A DNA stretch of 64,000 nt from the NCBI GenBank assembly GCA_051294375.1, contig CM119264.1, forward strand, positions 3,542,689 to 3,606,688, in the 5' to 3' direction. Numbering within the stretch: the first letter of the stretch is position 1; each line of letters begins with the position of its first letter. This document shows, piece after piece, positions 27,509 through 43,594 of this stretch. The DNA comes from Paraspadella gotoi. Taxonomy: Eukaryota; Animalia; Chaetognatha. The position numbers and the translations under genes were made by a program. The notes below the pieces were generated by a model. The model had not been told where the DNA came from. It ran no database searches and saw nothing but the letters and a program-made list of their open reading frames with translations.

Positions 27509-30245
27509 ATGTTTTCCGCCATTTTGTTATGCGTCGTGGCGCTGAGCGCGGGAACGAGAGGTTACTATTTTTAATTTTTCGGAGATTAAATAATAAATAA
27601 CATTTTATTTTTAACCATTTTCTTTCAATGAAATTGGTACAACCAATATAAAAATTATCCATTCATTTAATAAATAAGCTATCTTGCCATGACTTTGGAC
27701 AGGCTTTGGTGGTTTAAGGCCTCCATCACTCTTACAAGATAATATGAGCCTTTTTTTTATCTCTTCCAAAACCATGTAAAATAAATTACCAATTTTTACA
27801 AGACCAAACTTAAGTTATTATTTTATTTTTTTCGTTTTCGTAACAGGGGTCCAGGGTTAAAATCTAAAACCTAAAACTTTCCAAATTCACTGGACTAACC
27901 TTAACCTAAATCAAAACCCTTTCTCCCCTTACCATCAGCCTGGGAGCCAACTTGCCAGGATGGATGGTGGCCTTGCCCCGGCGGATCTCCCAACGGTTGG
28001 ACCTGCATCATGCAGGAGAACGTTTGCGACGGTTACAGTAACTGCAACGATGGTGGAGACGAACGCGACTGCGATGGAGGAGGTTGCTGTTGTCGTTCTT
28101 ATTCTTTAGTTGTCTCTTACTGATATTGCGTATTAAAATAGAAATTGCGCTAGTAGCATCGGTGATACTTATAAACAACAAAACAATTTTACCCCCCCCC
28201 AAAAAAAAATTAACAATAAAACGAATGGCCTAACTTAGGTAGTCAAGGATGCTCGTCTTCAGAGTTCGACTGCGGCAATGGCCAGTGCATTAACAGCATC
28301 TTCAAATGCGACCTGAAGAACGACTGCTCAAATGGAAAAGATGAATCGACCGAACTGTGCGACAACAGTGGAGGTAAGTTAACCTCATGAGGATGATGCA
28401 AGGGAAAACAGGGTGAGGAAGAGGGCACAGCGACCTCAATGGTAAACCTCAAAAATCTGCAATGAAGTAAGAAAGGTTAGAAAGCAGCTTTAGTTTTCTC
28501 GTTAGTAAAAAAGCAACGAAAGCAATTCAAAATACGAACATTTAAATATAAAGATTAAATATTGATAAATAATCCTTCGATTTTATCTAAGGAGGCGGCG
28601 ACTCCAGCGGCGGCGTCGACGACTCCACCTGCGGTTCTCGCTCCTTCGGCGACTCCTTTCCGCTCCATCAGGAATCCGTGGGCTACGTGGTCGGCGGAAC
28701 CTCTGCGGCCAGGGGCTCGTTGCCGTGGCAGGTGATTATGATGAAGACGATGATGATCATCATCACCAGCATCGCACTTTCTTATTTCAGGTGAGCATCC
28801 AATCTTACGGTCATTTCTGCGGCGGAACAATCATCGGAAAGCGATGGATTTTAACCGCGGCGCATTGCTTCAGGTCAGTTTGCATTTTCTATTCGGTTTA
28901 TTTTTTCAAGAAAGTTTGAAAGCCTCAACAGTTTAATGTTTTTCATGATCTCTTTAGATAACATTAACTATCGCATAAAAATAAAACCTTAACTTTTAAG
29001 AAGTGTAAACGTATTTTAAAACAAAATTAGTAAACGAGTCCAAATCTCTTTGTTGACTTTCCTTTTTTTTTTCTTCGTGCCAACCTTGCCTCGTCGGTAC
29101 TAATTAGCCCCGCCCGCCCCGACCCCCCCCCCCCCATAAAGTAGCGGCAGCATCTCCGGCGTGAAGATCGTCGCCGGCGATCATCGACTTTATTCGTACG
29201 AAGGATCAGAGCAGACGATTCAAGTAGAGCGTCTCTTCTCTCATCCGAACTACGGACGCAACACGCAAAACAACGACATTGCTTTGCTCAAACTGGCCCA
29301 AGAAATCAACTTTGGTCCCTACGCTCAACCGGCCTGTCTGCCGAAACTGGGTGAGATGGATAAAAGTCAGGGCGGGTGAAAATGGATTTTTGAAAAAGTT
29401 TTTTAAACTTTATGAGTTCCAAATTTATCATTGACGAAAAAGTATCGAACTACGTTACGTAATTGATGGAACTCTAATATGTAAATGAGATTCAAGCGCT
29501 TTTTACTCGCCCTTTTCATCTTTTCTCTATGTACTCCTATTTTCACCAGCGCGCGAAAATTCCGACTACGCCCCTGGCAATAACGTAATCATCTCCGGTT
29601 GGGGCAGCACCCGCCAAAACTACGCCACGCGTAGTACCTCGACGCTGCAGGTGGCGCAGGTGCCGTTCGTGTCCGATGCAACCTGCGACAGGTGCTACCG
29701 ATATCAGATCACGAGGTCGATGATCTGCGCGGGAAAAGTCAACGAAGGGGGCGTGGACACGTGTCAAGGTGGGAAAGTGAAGACGATGACGACGACGATG
29801 ACGATGACGATGACTAAGTCCAACCCCGATGACCTCGAAAACGACAGTGACGCTTACGACGACGAATAATACGACGATATCGACGATGACGGAAAATACG
29901 CTGACAACTTTTTTTTTTAGTTATCATATTATTTTTAAAAAGTCTTTAATGAGTACTTAAATATTTTTTTCTTCTGGAAATCTCTTAATTTGTACGGCGA
30001 GGACGAACCTTTGCAATCAAATCGATATAAACAAAAAAAGAGAACTGGAATCAATTAAGTCGCCGCTTTGACTTTTGTATGCAGGCGATTCGGGCGGCCC
30101 TCTGGTGATGAAAGTCAACGGTAAATTCACGGTCCTCGGCGTCGTGTCCTGGGGTGTAGGATGCGCGCGACCCGATAGACCCGGTGTGTACACGAGAGTG
30201 GCCAGATTCAATGATTGGATCTCTGATATCACCAAATACAACTAA
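27509..30245 (+). CDS. Secreted S1A trypsin-like serine protease with two LDLa modules (paralog 1, multi-exon)
   Basis: Signal peptide [17 protein letters not shown], then two LDLa exons ([16 protein letters not shown]; [13 protein letters not shown]), GY|VVGG, HFCGG, TAAHC, DIALL, DTCQGDSGGP and VSWGVGC..PGVYT. All introns are GT-AG. Confidence 0.92.
27645..27743 (+). repeat. Dispersed intronic repeat, family C (other copies at ~52843-52938 and, diverged, ~35371-35435)
   Basis: The sequence TTTAATAAATAAGCTATCTTGCC..GACTTTGGACAGGCTTTGGTGGTTTAAGGCCTCCATCA..TACAAGATAAT is nearly identical between the first two copies. Confidence 0.7.
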
Positions 30246-31549
30246 CTTCGTCTTTGGTTTTAACGATAACTGACGTTACCCTTTTGTTTTAGGTCGAATA
30301 AAATTCTAAATTGTGAAAAAAAAACCAACATATTTTGAGTAACTGACATAAAAAGCAGACTAATGTAGTAAATGAAATGTTTAAGCTTTCTAAACTCAGC
30401 TTAGTTAGTGATAAGAATAGGATTATTATCAAATTAGTTTAAAAAACTGAAAGAAAAAAGTTAATTAAATTAGTAAACTTTAGCAGATTCATAACATCGT
30501 CTCAAACTTTTCTAACCGTGAAACATTTCGTGTTTATTGTTTCATTGGAAGAATCTAATTACTCCAAAAGCCATTGTTTTGATATCTTGGCAAGGAACGG
30601 CACGGCGACATTAAACAAACGCGCTCTTTTTCGAATCAAACGCCAAACCCAATTTACAATCGAGTTTTAGTATCTCGACTTTGAATGAACGAGTTAAGCC
30701 AAAAATAGAATCGATACGAGCTAAGTTAAGATTGTTCAGCTGGATAAATGTTTACAATTGAATAAAAAAAATAGTAAACAAACGAAGAGATATAAAAAAA
30801 AAATGTCAATACCAGATAAATCGCATTCGAAATTTTAGAAGCTTTGTAATTACATTTAGATATACAATATTTATATGACTTTCTCCTGGTTTTTTGATAT
30901 TTAAATTGTACTATACATAATTATATTTGTTGGAATCGTTAGAAAATCAATTTAGAAAAAACCTTATTAACTTAGTAACCTTATTAATTTTACATCTAAA
31001 AACAAATCATAATACATACATTGACCGAGCAGTAACGATCAACCAAAACCTTAAGTTGTAATTCACGACTAAGTTTGTCTTCTTGTCAACACGAGGGCCG
31101 GAGTCTTAGCCGCCAGAGGACCGCACACGTCCTTTTATTGACCGAGATTTTTCGTTGCTATTTTGTTTTCTTGGACCGATTGTTTACGTCACCCTAGAGA
31201 TGGTTGGAGGGAGTGCGTTGTGATTGGGGGATCGGTAGATGGGTGCGTAATTAATTTGCGGTGGTGATGGATAACTTGAAAAGAAGGGAGTCAAATTGGG
31301 TCATTGACAAATAATCCCTTTATTTTTCGACCATCAACGTTTTTCCTCTTTAAGTCTTTCCAAGTTTCGTCCATTCTCTTGTATACGTAAATTAAATCTC
31401 TCCGACATTGGTTGTATCACAGTTTGATAAAACGTTAGGTTTATCTTTGCAAATTTAAAAAAAAAATTAATGTTCATGATGAACCAATTATGGTCTAAAG
31501 ATTAAAGTTTTAGGTTTGAAATGAGAATATTGAGTATTGATATCGATTA

Positions 31550-31610
31550 TTGATAATCAGGTGGCGTTTCTCACGAACCAATCATCTCTCTAAAAGTCGA
31601 ATATAAAAAG
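31550..31610 (+). promoter_or_regulatory. Proximal promoter of protease paralog 2: GATA, E-box, Su(H)/RBPJ site, TATA
   Basis: TTGATAATCAGGTGGCGTTTCTCACG, with TATAAAA at 31602. The block and its spacing are conserved upstream of paralog 3. Confidence 0.6.
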
Positions 31611-31662
31611 GAAAACATCAACTGGCAATTTTTGACTAAAATTTTTAACGTCGAAGAGAAAA

Positions 31663-33966
31663 ATGACATATTTGGCAGTTTTTGCTTTGGTCTTCGTCAT
31701 CGGCGGAACCGCGGAAGCGGGTATGATTTTATAATATATATATATTTATATATATTATATAACATAACCTTTAACATCTTTTTCATATCACAATTTCTTG
31801 AGAAAAAAAAATTGTTTCCTCTTTACGATATTGTTATTTTACTTTGAAATTTTTTATTTTTTTTGCAAAATGAAACCATTAAAAAAAAATGTTGACATAC
31901 AGAAATATGTTAATATGTAAGTAATTAGAATACAGTTATTTACTTTCAGGATGCCGAAAAAATGAATTCAAATGTAATCGGTTTCAGTGCATCCCAAAAA
32001 TTTGGGTCTGCGACGGAGCATTTGACTGTTATAATCATAAAGACGAGCGAAATTGTCCAACTGCGACCACTGCTTCACCAGGTTCAGTCGCGCCGTTCTG
32101 AAATTTTTAAACATTCTTCATTTTAAAACGCTTCAGCCTCCAAAGTAATCAAGGGATTGTCTTCTCACAACATCGGTGCATCCAATGCGTCGTGCCGCAG
32201 TAACACGTGACCGTAGTTTTGCGTGGTGCATGGCACTGCATCGGAATTCCGTCTTTTATTCTTTAAATTTTAAATATTGTAAAGTTATACTTTTATAGAA
32301 ATCTAACATCCGAAATTTTTTTCAACGACTTCAAGGCGATGTGACGCCGGATCCCAACTTTGGCGCCGGTTGCGGCTCCAGAAAATTCGAGCAAAGTCTG
32401 CGTCATCAGCGAGTGGAGCAAGAGAAGCGTCGGCGTCAGGGTCACACAGCGTATGTGGTCGGGGGAGACTCCGCCACGAGAGGCTCGCTGCCGTGGCAGG
32501 TGAAGACCGCAGTCAATCAATAGACGTAATATTATCATTGTAAAAGAAAAAAATGATAATGATTAAAAACCAAAACAAATTATTTTTATCAATCTTTTAA
32601 ATTTAAGGTAACCTTTCAAGATAGCGGATTCCATTTCTGTGGTGGAACCATCATTAATAAAGACTGGATTCTCACGGCCGCCCACTGCATAGAGTAAAAT
32701 ACTTAATCATATGTAGAGCAGATATGAAAATATTTATAATTTTTTTGATTAATCATTAAGAGATTACGATTGTACTTAGAATTAAGCAAGTTACTTTATT
32801 TAAATTTTGAATGGAAAATAAAGAAATTACATTTGCTATAGGGGCGAGACTCCTAACGGACTCTACATCGTTGCTGGCGACCACAAGCTCAGAAACATAG
32901 ATGGAAGCGAGCAAAAGATAAAAGTGGACAAGATGTTCTCGCATCCGAATTATGATTATCACAAGACGGACAACGACGTCGCACTTTTGAAACTGGAGAA
33001 ATCGCTTGTCTTTGATGATTACGTTCAGCCCGCTTGCCTTCCAGACAAGAGTGAGTGACGACAATTTCTAGAGTTATAATAATCATGGAATAAAAATGTC
33101 AATGAACTTTCACAAATGCCGCGTAAAAACATTTAAAAGAAGAATTTCATGATTTATAGATAAATAGATATATCGGTTTGTTTATATCTATGTTTAATTT
33201 TATATTGTATAAGTCAAAATAATTTCCTTACAAGTTCAATCTCTTCTTTTTTTCCTAAAGACTTTAAATACAACGAAAACGATTGGGTCATCATTTCTGG
33301 TTGGGGCAGCACCAAACAAACGAACACGCGCGACGCGCCCAACACGTTGCAGGTGGCCACTGTCCCGATCGTTAGTGAAGAGAAGTGCAAGCAGGCTTAT
33401 CCGGGCAAGATTACAAAGGCTATGTATTGCGCGGGAAAACTTGGTATCGGCGGGACTGATACTTGTCAAGGTGAGAAAAAAATTAGGAAAGAAAGAAAGA
33501 AAGCAAGAAAGAAAAAAAGAATGAAAGAAGAAAAAAGAAAGAAATAAAGAAAGAAAAAAGAATGAAAGAATGAAAGAGAGAAAGAAACAAAGAAACAAAA
33601 AAAGAAAGAAACAAAGAAAGAAACGAGGAAAGGAAAATAAAGAAAGAAACAAAGAAAGAAGCTAATAAACAAAGAAAGAAACAAAGAAAAAAATAAGGAA
33701 ACAAAAAAGGAAACAAAAAAGAAAGAAAAAAAATTGAATGAATGCGCAAATGAATGAATGAATTTAGCAAAATTAATGAATAACTTGGAAAAACAAAATT
33801 TTTAGGAGACTCTGGCGGACCCGTTGTCATAAAAGTGAACCAAAAGTTCACGGTTGTCGGGATTGTTTCGTGGGGCTACGGGTGCGCTGAAGCGAAACAT
33901 CCGGGAGTCTACGCGAAGGTCACTTCTTTTATAGACTGGATATCTTCGATTACTACTTATAACTAA
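31663..33966 (+). CDS. Secreted S1A trypsin-like serine protease with one LDLa module (paralog 2, multi-exon)
   Basis: Signal peptide [19 protein letters not shown], LDLa [26 protein letters not shown]|VVGG, TAAHC, DVALL, DTCQGDSGGP, PGVYAKV. Confidence 0.92.
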
Positions 33967-34901
33967 TGATATACCGCCTGTGATATGTCGCCGTTCATAT
34001 TTAATAAGCGAACCTTGGTTACAATACCCATACCATTACTTAATTTGTCTGACTAATAAAATGGTTAAAATAGCAAAATAAACATCTCTTTAAAAAATCC
34101 GAAGGATCTTAGTATTAGGGAACTTGGCCCTTGGGCTGGCGGAATTTTGCATGGAAGTTGGTTACAGGGTTCTAGGTTCATAAATACGACGCTGAGAGAA
34201 AAACTTTGTAAATCAGTTCTCGATACGAATTTAGAAGATGATAATTACGTCGTAAGAAAATTAATCTTTATGGCGTATATATAGATGAAAAAGTTAATTG
34301 GTGCACCGCCTAGACATTGATTATCCAAAGCATAATCTAAAGTACTAAACTAATAAAGGAAAATCGTCAAATACTTTGATGATAAAAACCACGAAATCGT
34401 TTGTGAATCTAAAAGTTAAAGTCAATCCACCTCAAGCAAAAACATTTTTTTTGCTTCGCTTCATCAAGAGAACCGAAAATATGGCAGAAAAATGACCCTT
34501 TTTGACGACATAATAAAAAGATCGGATTAGGAAAGCAAAAAAAAAAAAAAAAAAACTCGCATTTTTGAAGAAATAATTGATTGTTTCAAAACCGCACGTT
34601 ATCTATCTTTGACCTTGTTTTCCCAGAATGCCCCATTTTATCTGAAATTAGGAATTAGCTTAATTTTGTTTACTTTAAGATTAGGTAAGAAGTAAGGGTT
34701 AGGGATTAGGTTAGGGATAAGGTTAGTGGTTAAGGTTAGGGTTAATGATTTTGATTAGGGTTAATCATTTGGATTAGGGACTAGCATATGGAGTTAGATA
34801 TTAAAGTTAAAATAAATTCTGGCAAAAAGAGTGCAGGACGAAGCAATTATGGTTCTGAAGAGACAATGATAATTGTTATGAGTTAGTGACAGAACCGTTC
34901 A

Positions 34902-35059
34902 AGCAGTCCCTGAGCTGCGGATGAGGCTGTAACGCCGTGTTACAGACGGGTTAAACGCCCCGTCCTTCTTAACTACTATGCGACCACCGGTTTAGAACCT
35001 CGGACCTTTGGGTTGGGAGGCGAATGACTTGCCTCCTGTTAGTGGATTTTAGTCCACCA
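34902..35059 (-). mobile_element. Putative tRNA-derived SINE, family B (copy 1)
   Basis: Homologous to 53484-53712. B-box-like GGTTCTAAACC at 34989-34999 on the minus strand, plus hairpin CTGTAAC-n5-GTTACAG. Confidence 0.5.
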
Positions 35060-35104
35060 TAGTTCAAAGATTACGTTTTAGGATATTCATAAAAGACTTG
35101 ACTC

Positions 35105-35165
35105 TTGATAATCAGGTGGTGTTTCTCAGGGATTTATAATCCATTCAAAATGCCACTATAAAAAG
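35105..35165 (+). promoter_or_regulatory. Proximal promoter of protease paralog 3: GATA, E-box, TC-box-like site, TATA
   Basis: TTGATAATCAGGTGGTGTTTCTCAGG, with TATAAAA at 35157. The E-box-to-TATA distance is 44 bp, as in paralog 2. Confidence 0.6.
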
Positions 35166-35231
35166 AATTTTTTACATGTTCTTAACCTCGGAAAATTTGT
35201 CCAAATTTTTTACTTTGATCTGGAGAGAAAA

Positions 35232-38709
<3,478 letters not shown>

Positions 38710-38842
38710 TCTTGCAAATGGTCAGGAAAGTAGTGGGACAGACAAAGCACCAATTTTTGTCTCATGTATAAAAGTAATTTAGCGTCAAACAAGAATAATT
38801 AAAGATATCAATACATGTTTTAGAATTCTTAACTATGTCTTA

Positions 38843-38891
<49 letters not shown>

Positions 38892-39340
38892 AAAAGTAAA
38901 TATATAAATTGCGCGCACACAATCTGTAAACTAAAAGTATAGAAGCATACAGTTTCTCAAAAACGTAGCGTTTAGGGCACTAAAGGACTAAAGCCTAACT
39001 TTTGTTTTTACTATTTAATTTTTTCTCATGGCTTGATTTGCACTCAGTCAGTTTCATTGCCCAGGGCTTTTTTGGCAAGTCTTCGTTCACCAGAAATTCA
39101 AATATCTACTTTCTCTTCTTCTGAGTCACCTCCCCACCATTGCCACGTACTGACCCCGCGGATATTTTTCTATTAACTCAATCGGCTTAACTTCTGGACG
39201 CTGCCTCACGCTTTGCCGGAGGGTGAGGTTAAACGGTCCCTACCCCCGAGGGTAAGGATAAGCGCTCGCTTTGGACGCGGAATACTAAGCGTGTTTCGAT
39301 TTGTGGCCGGTCGTGATTAACTTTGAGTAATTCTCTCTCT

Positions 39341-39386
<46 letters not shown>

Positions 39387-39407
39387 ACTCTCTCTCTCAA
39401 CCTTTAC

Positions 39408-39934
39408 CTGAAGCTAATTCCGTGTTCACCGATGCTCACTGATACAGCAACTCCAAGTTTAGTATAGACATTTTGTGTGTTTATTTCCAACGTCATCGTG
39501 TTCAGACTAAGAACTTGGACCTGAACAAAAAATTATAAAAATCTAGGATTTATGAAAACAAATTGTTAAGTTAAAAATGAGGAGTCCCTCGTCAGTAGCG
39601 TCACCTGATGTACGAGCGGGAAAACAAAAACGCGCCCTCCGACGACAGTGTGTGGTTTTCCTGAGAAAAAACAAAAGATTGACGTCGTGAAAAAATTACC
39701 TGGTGTCTGACCCAACCATTCAAAATCTAATCAAATTTGAAATACTAGTTTTTTAGAAATGAAAAAAATAAACAAAATTAATCTGAATTTTAAGTTTTTA
39801 ACTGAAACATTAACCCTTTAAACTTTTAAAATCAAAAGACGTTGCACGAACGCGGCCACGTCCCCCTTACCTTGATAACATAGTCCGCTCACGACTAAAG
39901 CCTCGTTCGGCCCGCAAGTGTGAAATCCCACCAT
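39408..39934 (-). pseudogene. FLOT1: Flotillin-1 5' fragment (three coding exons, then disrupted); pseudogene or assembly-damaged gene
   Basis: Exons 39934-39871, 39660-39605 and 39520-39408 (GT-AG introns) splice to MVGFHTCGPNEALVVSGLCYQGKPHTVVGGRVFVFPLVHQVQVLSLNTMTLEINTQNVYTKLGVAVSV, the flotillin-1 SPFH N-terminus. The expected TGIAQ is corrupted by insertions, and I found no intact downstream exons. Confidence 0.85.
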
Positions 39935-41950
39935 CGTTATTTTTTCTGCCGAAGCAAAAAAATTTATTCAAGTTTTTTTTTTTTATTTTTAAAGGAAAAA
40001 AATATTTTCTTTACATACCTTCTCAAGCTTAGTAAAAAAATTTCAAAGTATTTATTTAACGATGTTGAAACGAAAATTAGTCCAAATTTTGGGTTTTAGT
40101 TTAAGTTTTAAGTGAGGTTTGAAGCGATGTAAAAATATTATAGTCGATGGTGTAGTTACTGTTGTTGTTACTGTTGTTGTTGCTGTTGTTGTTGTTGTTC
40201 TCCTTTTGGCGGCGGGTTGCGGTTTCAAACTCTTTTTGTCTACGCGAGGCGCGTCACGTCGTCGTTCTAAGGGAATCTCTCTGTATCCTGTGGACCAAAG
40301 CGGAAAAAAAATCGAATTTTGGGACGAAAAAAGAGAAACGGAGATTTCGTTTCGATGCAGCGGAAACAATCGATGCTATTTTGTTCGCGCATTACAAACT
40401 TGAATTATATTTTAAATTTAAAATTAACACTCTTTAACAAAACGACTGGTAAAATTCTTAATTTATGAGACAAGTGGCTGTGACCAACAAAAAAATTGGA
40501 CGGAACTTATCGCCGAACTTATATATAACAGAAACATTCAAATTTAAAACGACTTTAAAACTTGTAAAATTTTTAAAATTGAATAGATTAATTTGAAGTG
40601 AACCTCAAAAAATTTATTTATTGAGACGTCATCCAAGTTCAATAGCAACATATGAAAAAAAATTGCAAACGCGAAAAAACAAAGCGCGCGTTTTTGGGCG
40701 CCACACCACAAAAAAAAAAGAAAGAAAAGAAAATAAAAAAAGAAATAAAAAAGCGACTTACTGACGAGCGCGACGTCGGGGCGAGCTGTGATTGGACAAG
40801 GACGGCATCCTCGCCCGCCGATTGGCACCCACGCGTATCGATCGGTCCCTTCGGAGACGCGAGCGAGCGTGTTCCTGAAATTAGAAAAGCGATGAAAAGC
40901 GATCCGCGCGATTCGAGGATGAGTTTTTGGCCCGGTTTGGGCCTGGTTCAGGGCTTAGTGTTGGGCACCGTGCTGGCGATGATTCGCGGAGGCTATTAAA
41001 ATTAAAATTAAATTTTTTTTACTTCAGTGACAAAACTCCATTCTTGTCTGATTCTTATCCCTATTTATGAAGTGGGCAGTGGGCAGTGTGCCACTGTCCA
41101 GTGTGTCCCACAGCGTTTGGGGTAACTTTGAACCCTCCTGATCAATAATGATTAATAAAAAACGGAAGAACTGGGTACGAACCCTGGACCAAAGAAGATG
41201 CAAAGTTTTTAATCTATAATCAATTCAATCATTAGAAAACTCTTCCCGGTCGCGATTGTCGAAGCATCGATTCTCGGCCGTTTTATTCAACGGTTAAACA
41301 AAGAGTCAGTCGCTCACCAAGTCTCACTGGTGAACTTTTCCGCCAAAATCGATATTCACATCGTAACGCATCCATCCATCGACGAGGACCTTGCCCAAAA
41401 ATTAATACAAACGTTATTCGGGGGAAAAAAATTTGTTTCAATTTAGTTCAATTTTAATCGTAATTGTATTTTAATTTTAATTTAAGTTTTTTCTTACTTT
41501 TTCGGGAGTTAAAAAAAGGTTATTAGAGGAAGCAAAGTGAAAAAAAAAGCTGTGACGTGTGACGGTGCGAGCGGGTGATTGTGAATAAGTTGGTGATTCG
41601 GGTATAAGTCCCGGATGCGCGGACGAACATCCGGAGCTGGAAGACAAGATTAAATTAAAAAAAGATTAAAACTTATGAATTGAAATATAGTCGCAAAAAG
41701 AAAAAAAAAACAGGAAAAGAGAAAGCAAATCATAAATCCATCGTAAAATATCGAAGGAAGACAATCTGGAGGCGCATCCATTCTGCCCCCGCGTCCGTCC
41801 GTCCGCCCGTCCGTCCATCAGTCCACAAAAAAAAGAAAAAAGCGTCAGTCTGTCGAGACATTCGCGCGCGCGACGATTCTCCAGTTGCGCAAAATGACGC
41901 CCGCGCACGCGACGCACGCAGCGCGCACGCCGCTCGTGGGCGCGATGGGG

Positions 41951-42022
<72 letters not shown>

Positions 42023-42245
42023 GACAGAGAGAGAGAGAAATCCCCGGTCGAAGATAATCGTTTTGTATAACTTGACGCGAAAAGCTGGGGCGCGACTGGG
42101 AAGACGACGACAACGACGACGACGACGATTACCCGGACGACTAAACGGTCGATCTTTCCACAGTTCTTCTATTCTTTTTCACAATTACATTCCTTTTAAT
42201 AGTTAAGCTTCGTTTTAAGTCGCATCAGTTATTGGAAATGAATTC

Positions 42246-42758
42246 GGGCACTATTTTTCGAAAGCGCCCAATTTCTGTTCCTTATTATTCATCTTAAAAT
42301 TAAAATTTACTATTAATATTTTTTTGAAATTTTTAAATAATTTTCAATATTAATCTTTAATCTTAAACCTTAACTTTAATTTTAAATTTTAATTTGAACT
42401 AAACCTATTAAAAAATATCGATTTGGGATACAATGCTAATTTTTTATTATTAGACTATGATAGTTTTAAACTGTTCAGTGCATGTGTGAACACTTAACAA
42501 TCTAATCCTAAACCTGGCAAAATTTTTAAACTTAACTAACCCCTTCCTATAATTCAAATCCTTAGCCTTTTTTTTATTTTTAACCAAATCTTTACCATTA
42601 TCAAATGCTCGTTATTATTACACATAATAAACTTTACGTTTATGAGATAAAAAGTGACCCTTTAACCTTATCCTTAACTCTTAACTTATTTTTAAATTTA
42701 AAAATAAACTATATTCTAAATTTAACCTGAAATGGGGAGCCTTCGGAAAACATTGCCA
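42246..42758. mobile_element. MITE-like element with ~30-bp imperfect TIRs and internal CCTTAA/CCTAA-type repeats
   Basis: 42246-42275 matches the reverse complement of 42729-42758 at 23 of 30 positions (counted by eye). Related termini occur at 14041-14279 and 34611-34835. Confidence 0.55.
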
Positions 42759-43594
42759 TTATGATTATATCTTCGCGTGAGATTAGTAAGAAATAAAAAT
42801 ATGGAGAGAAACATCATCTGCGATGATATAAACAATTATTGAATTGATATATAATTATATAATTATATAAAAAAGCCATGATTTTTTGGAGTTAACGTTA
42901 CAAAAAACAGAAAAGTTTTCTAGTTTTAATTATAAAACTTATTGATTTTCTCACTATTCAACTCTCAATAGTCAATACTCAATGTTGCGAACGTAGTCTT
43001 TTGTTCGAGACGAAAAATAGGAAGGAGTTAATTTGGTGATTCTCCCATGAGATGGCAGGAGGAGACTTGGCACCGGAAATCCGTCACCGATTTGGTAAAT
43101 ATTCCATCTTGGTGCAGCATCGGCTCGCGGCAGGTGCGGGACCGAGGAGAGTTCACGATTTCACGAGGTAAGTCGACTTACTCGAGACGCGCTTCGTTTG
43201 AATCGAGTTTAAAGTGTCGAAGGAAACGAGATTCCGCCGATTCGGGACTCGAAAGTTGAAGCCTTGTCACTTTTCAAGGTGTTTCCCCTTTTTTTAGTCA
43301 GAAAGAGAGGAAAGGGCAATAAAAAAAACAAATTAAAACAGGTCCATGATGACAAATTTTGAAACTGTCAGTGATTGATGATCGAGGATTCGGGGTGACC
43401 CATCATAAATTTTAAAGATCTTAATAAAATTAAAATTTCAATTCTGATGACCTCCGATGACGTCACATTATTTTCAGAAGGAAAGGAGGATTTTCGGCTG
43501 CCATTTATGAAATTGTTACTCATTTATTACGATCTCTATTTTTGGTCACGTATTGGAACGTTTTCAAGCGCCTTGTAAATTTACATTCCTCACT

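Noticed and set aside
34680-34780. TTAGGG-like tract suggesting a telomere or fusion site
   Set aside because: Short, degenerate and enclosed by MITE-like ends; better explained as part of a dispersed repeat.
39871-39937. tRNA-like 3' end (..GTGTGAAATCCCACCATCG) on the + strand
   Set aside because: It is the antisense of flotillin-1 coding exon 1 and does not form a cloverleaf.
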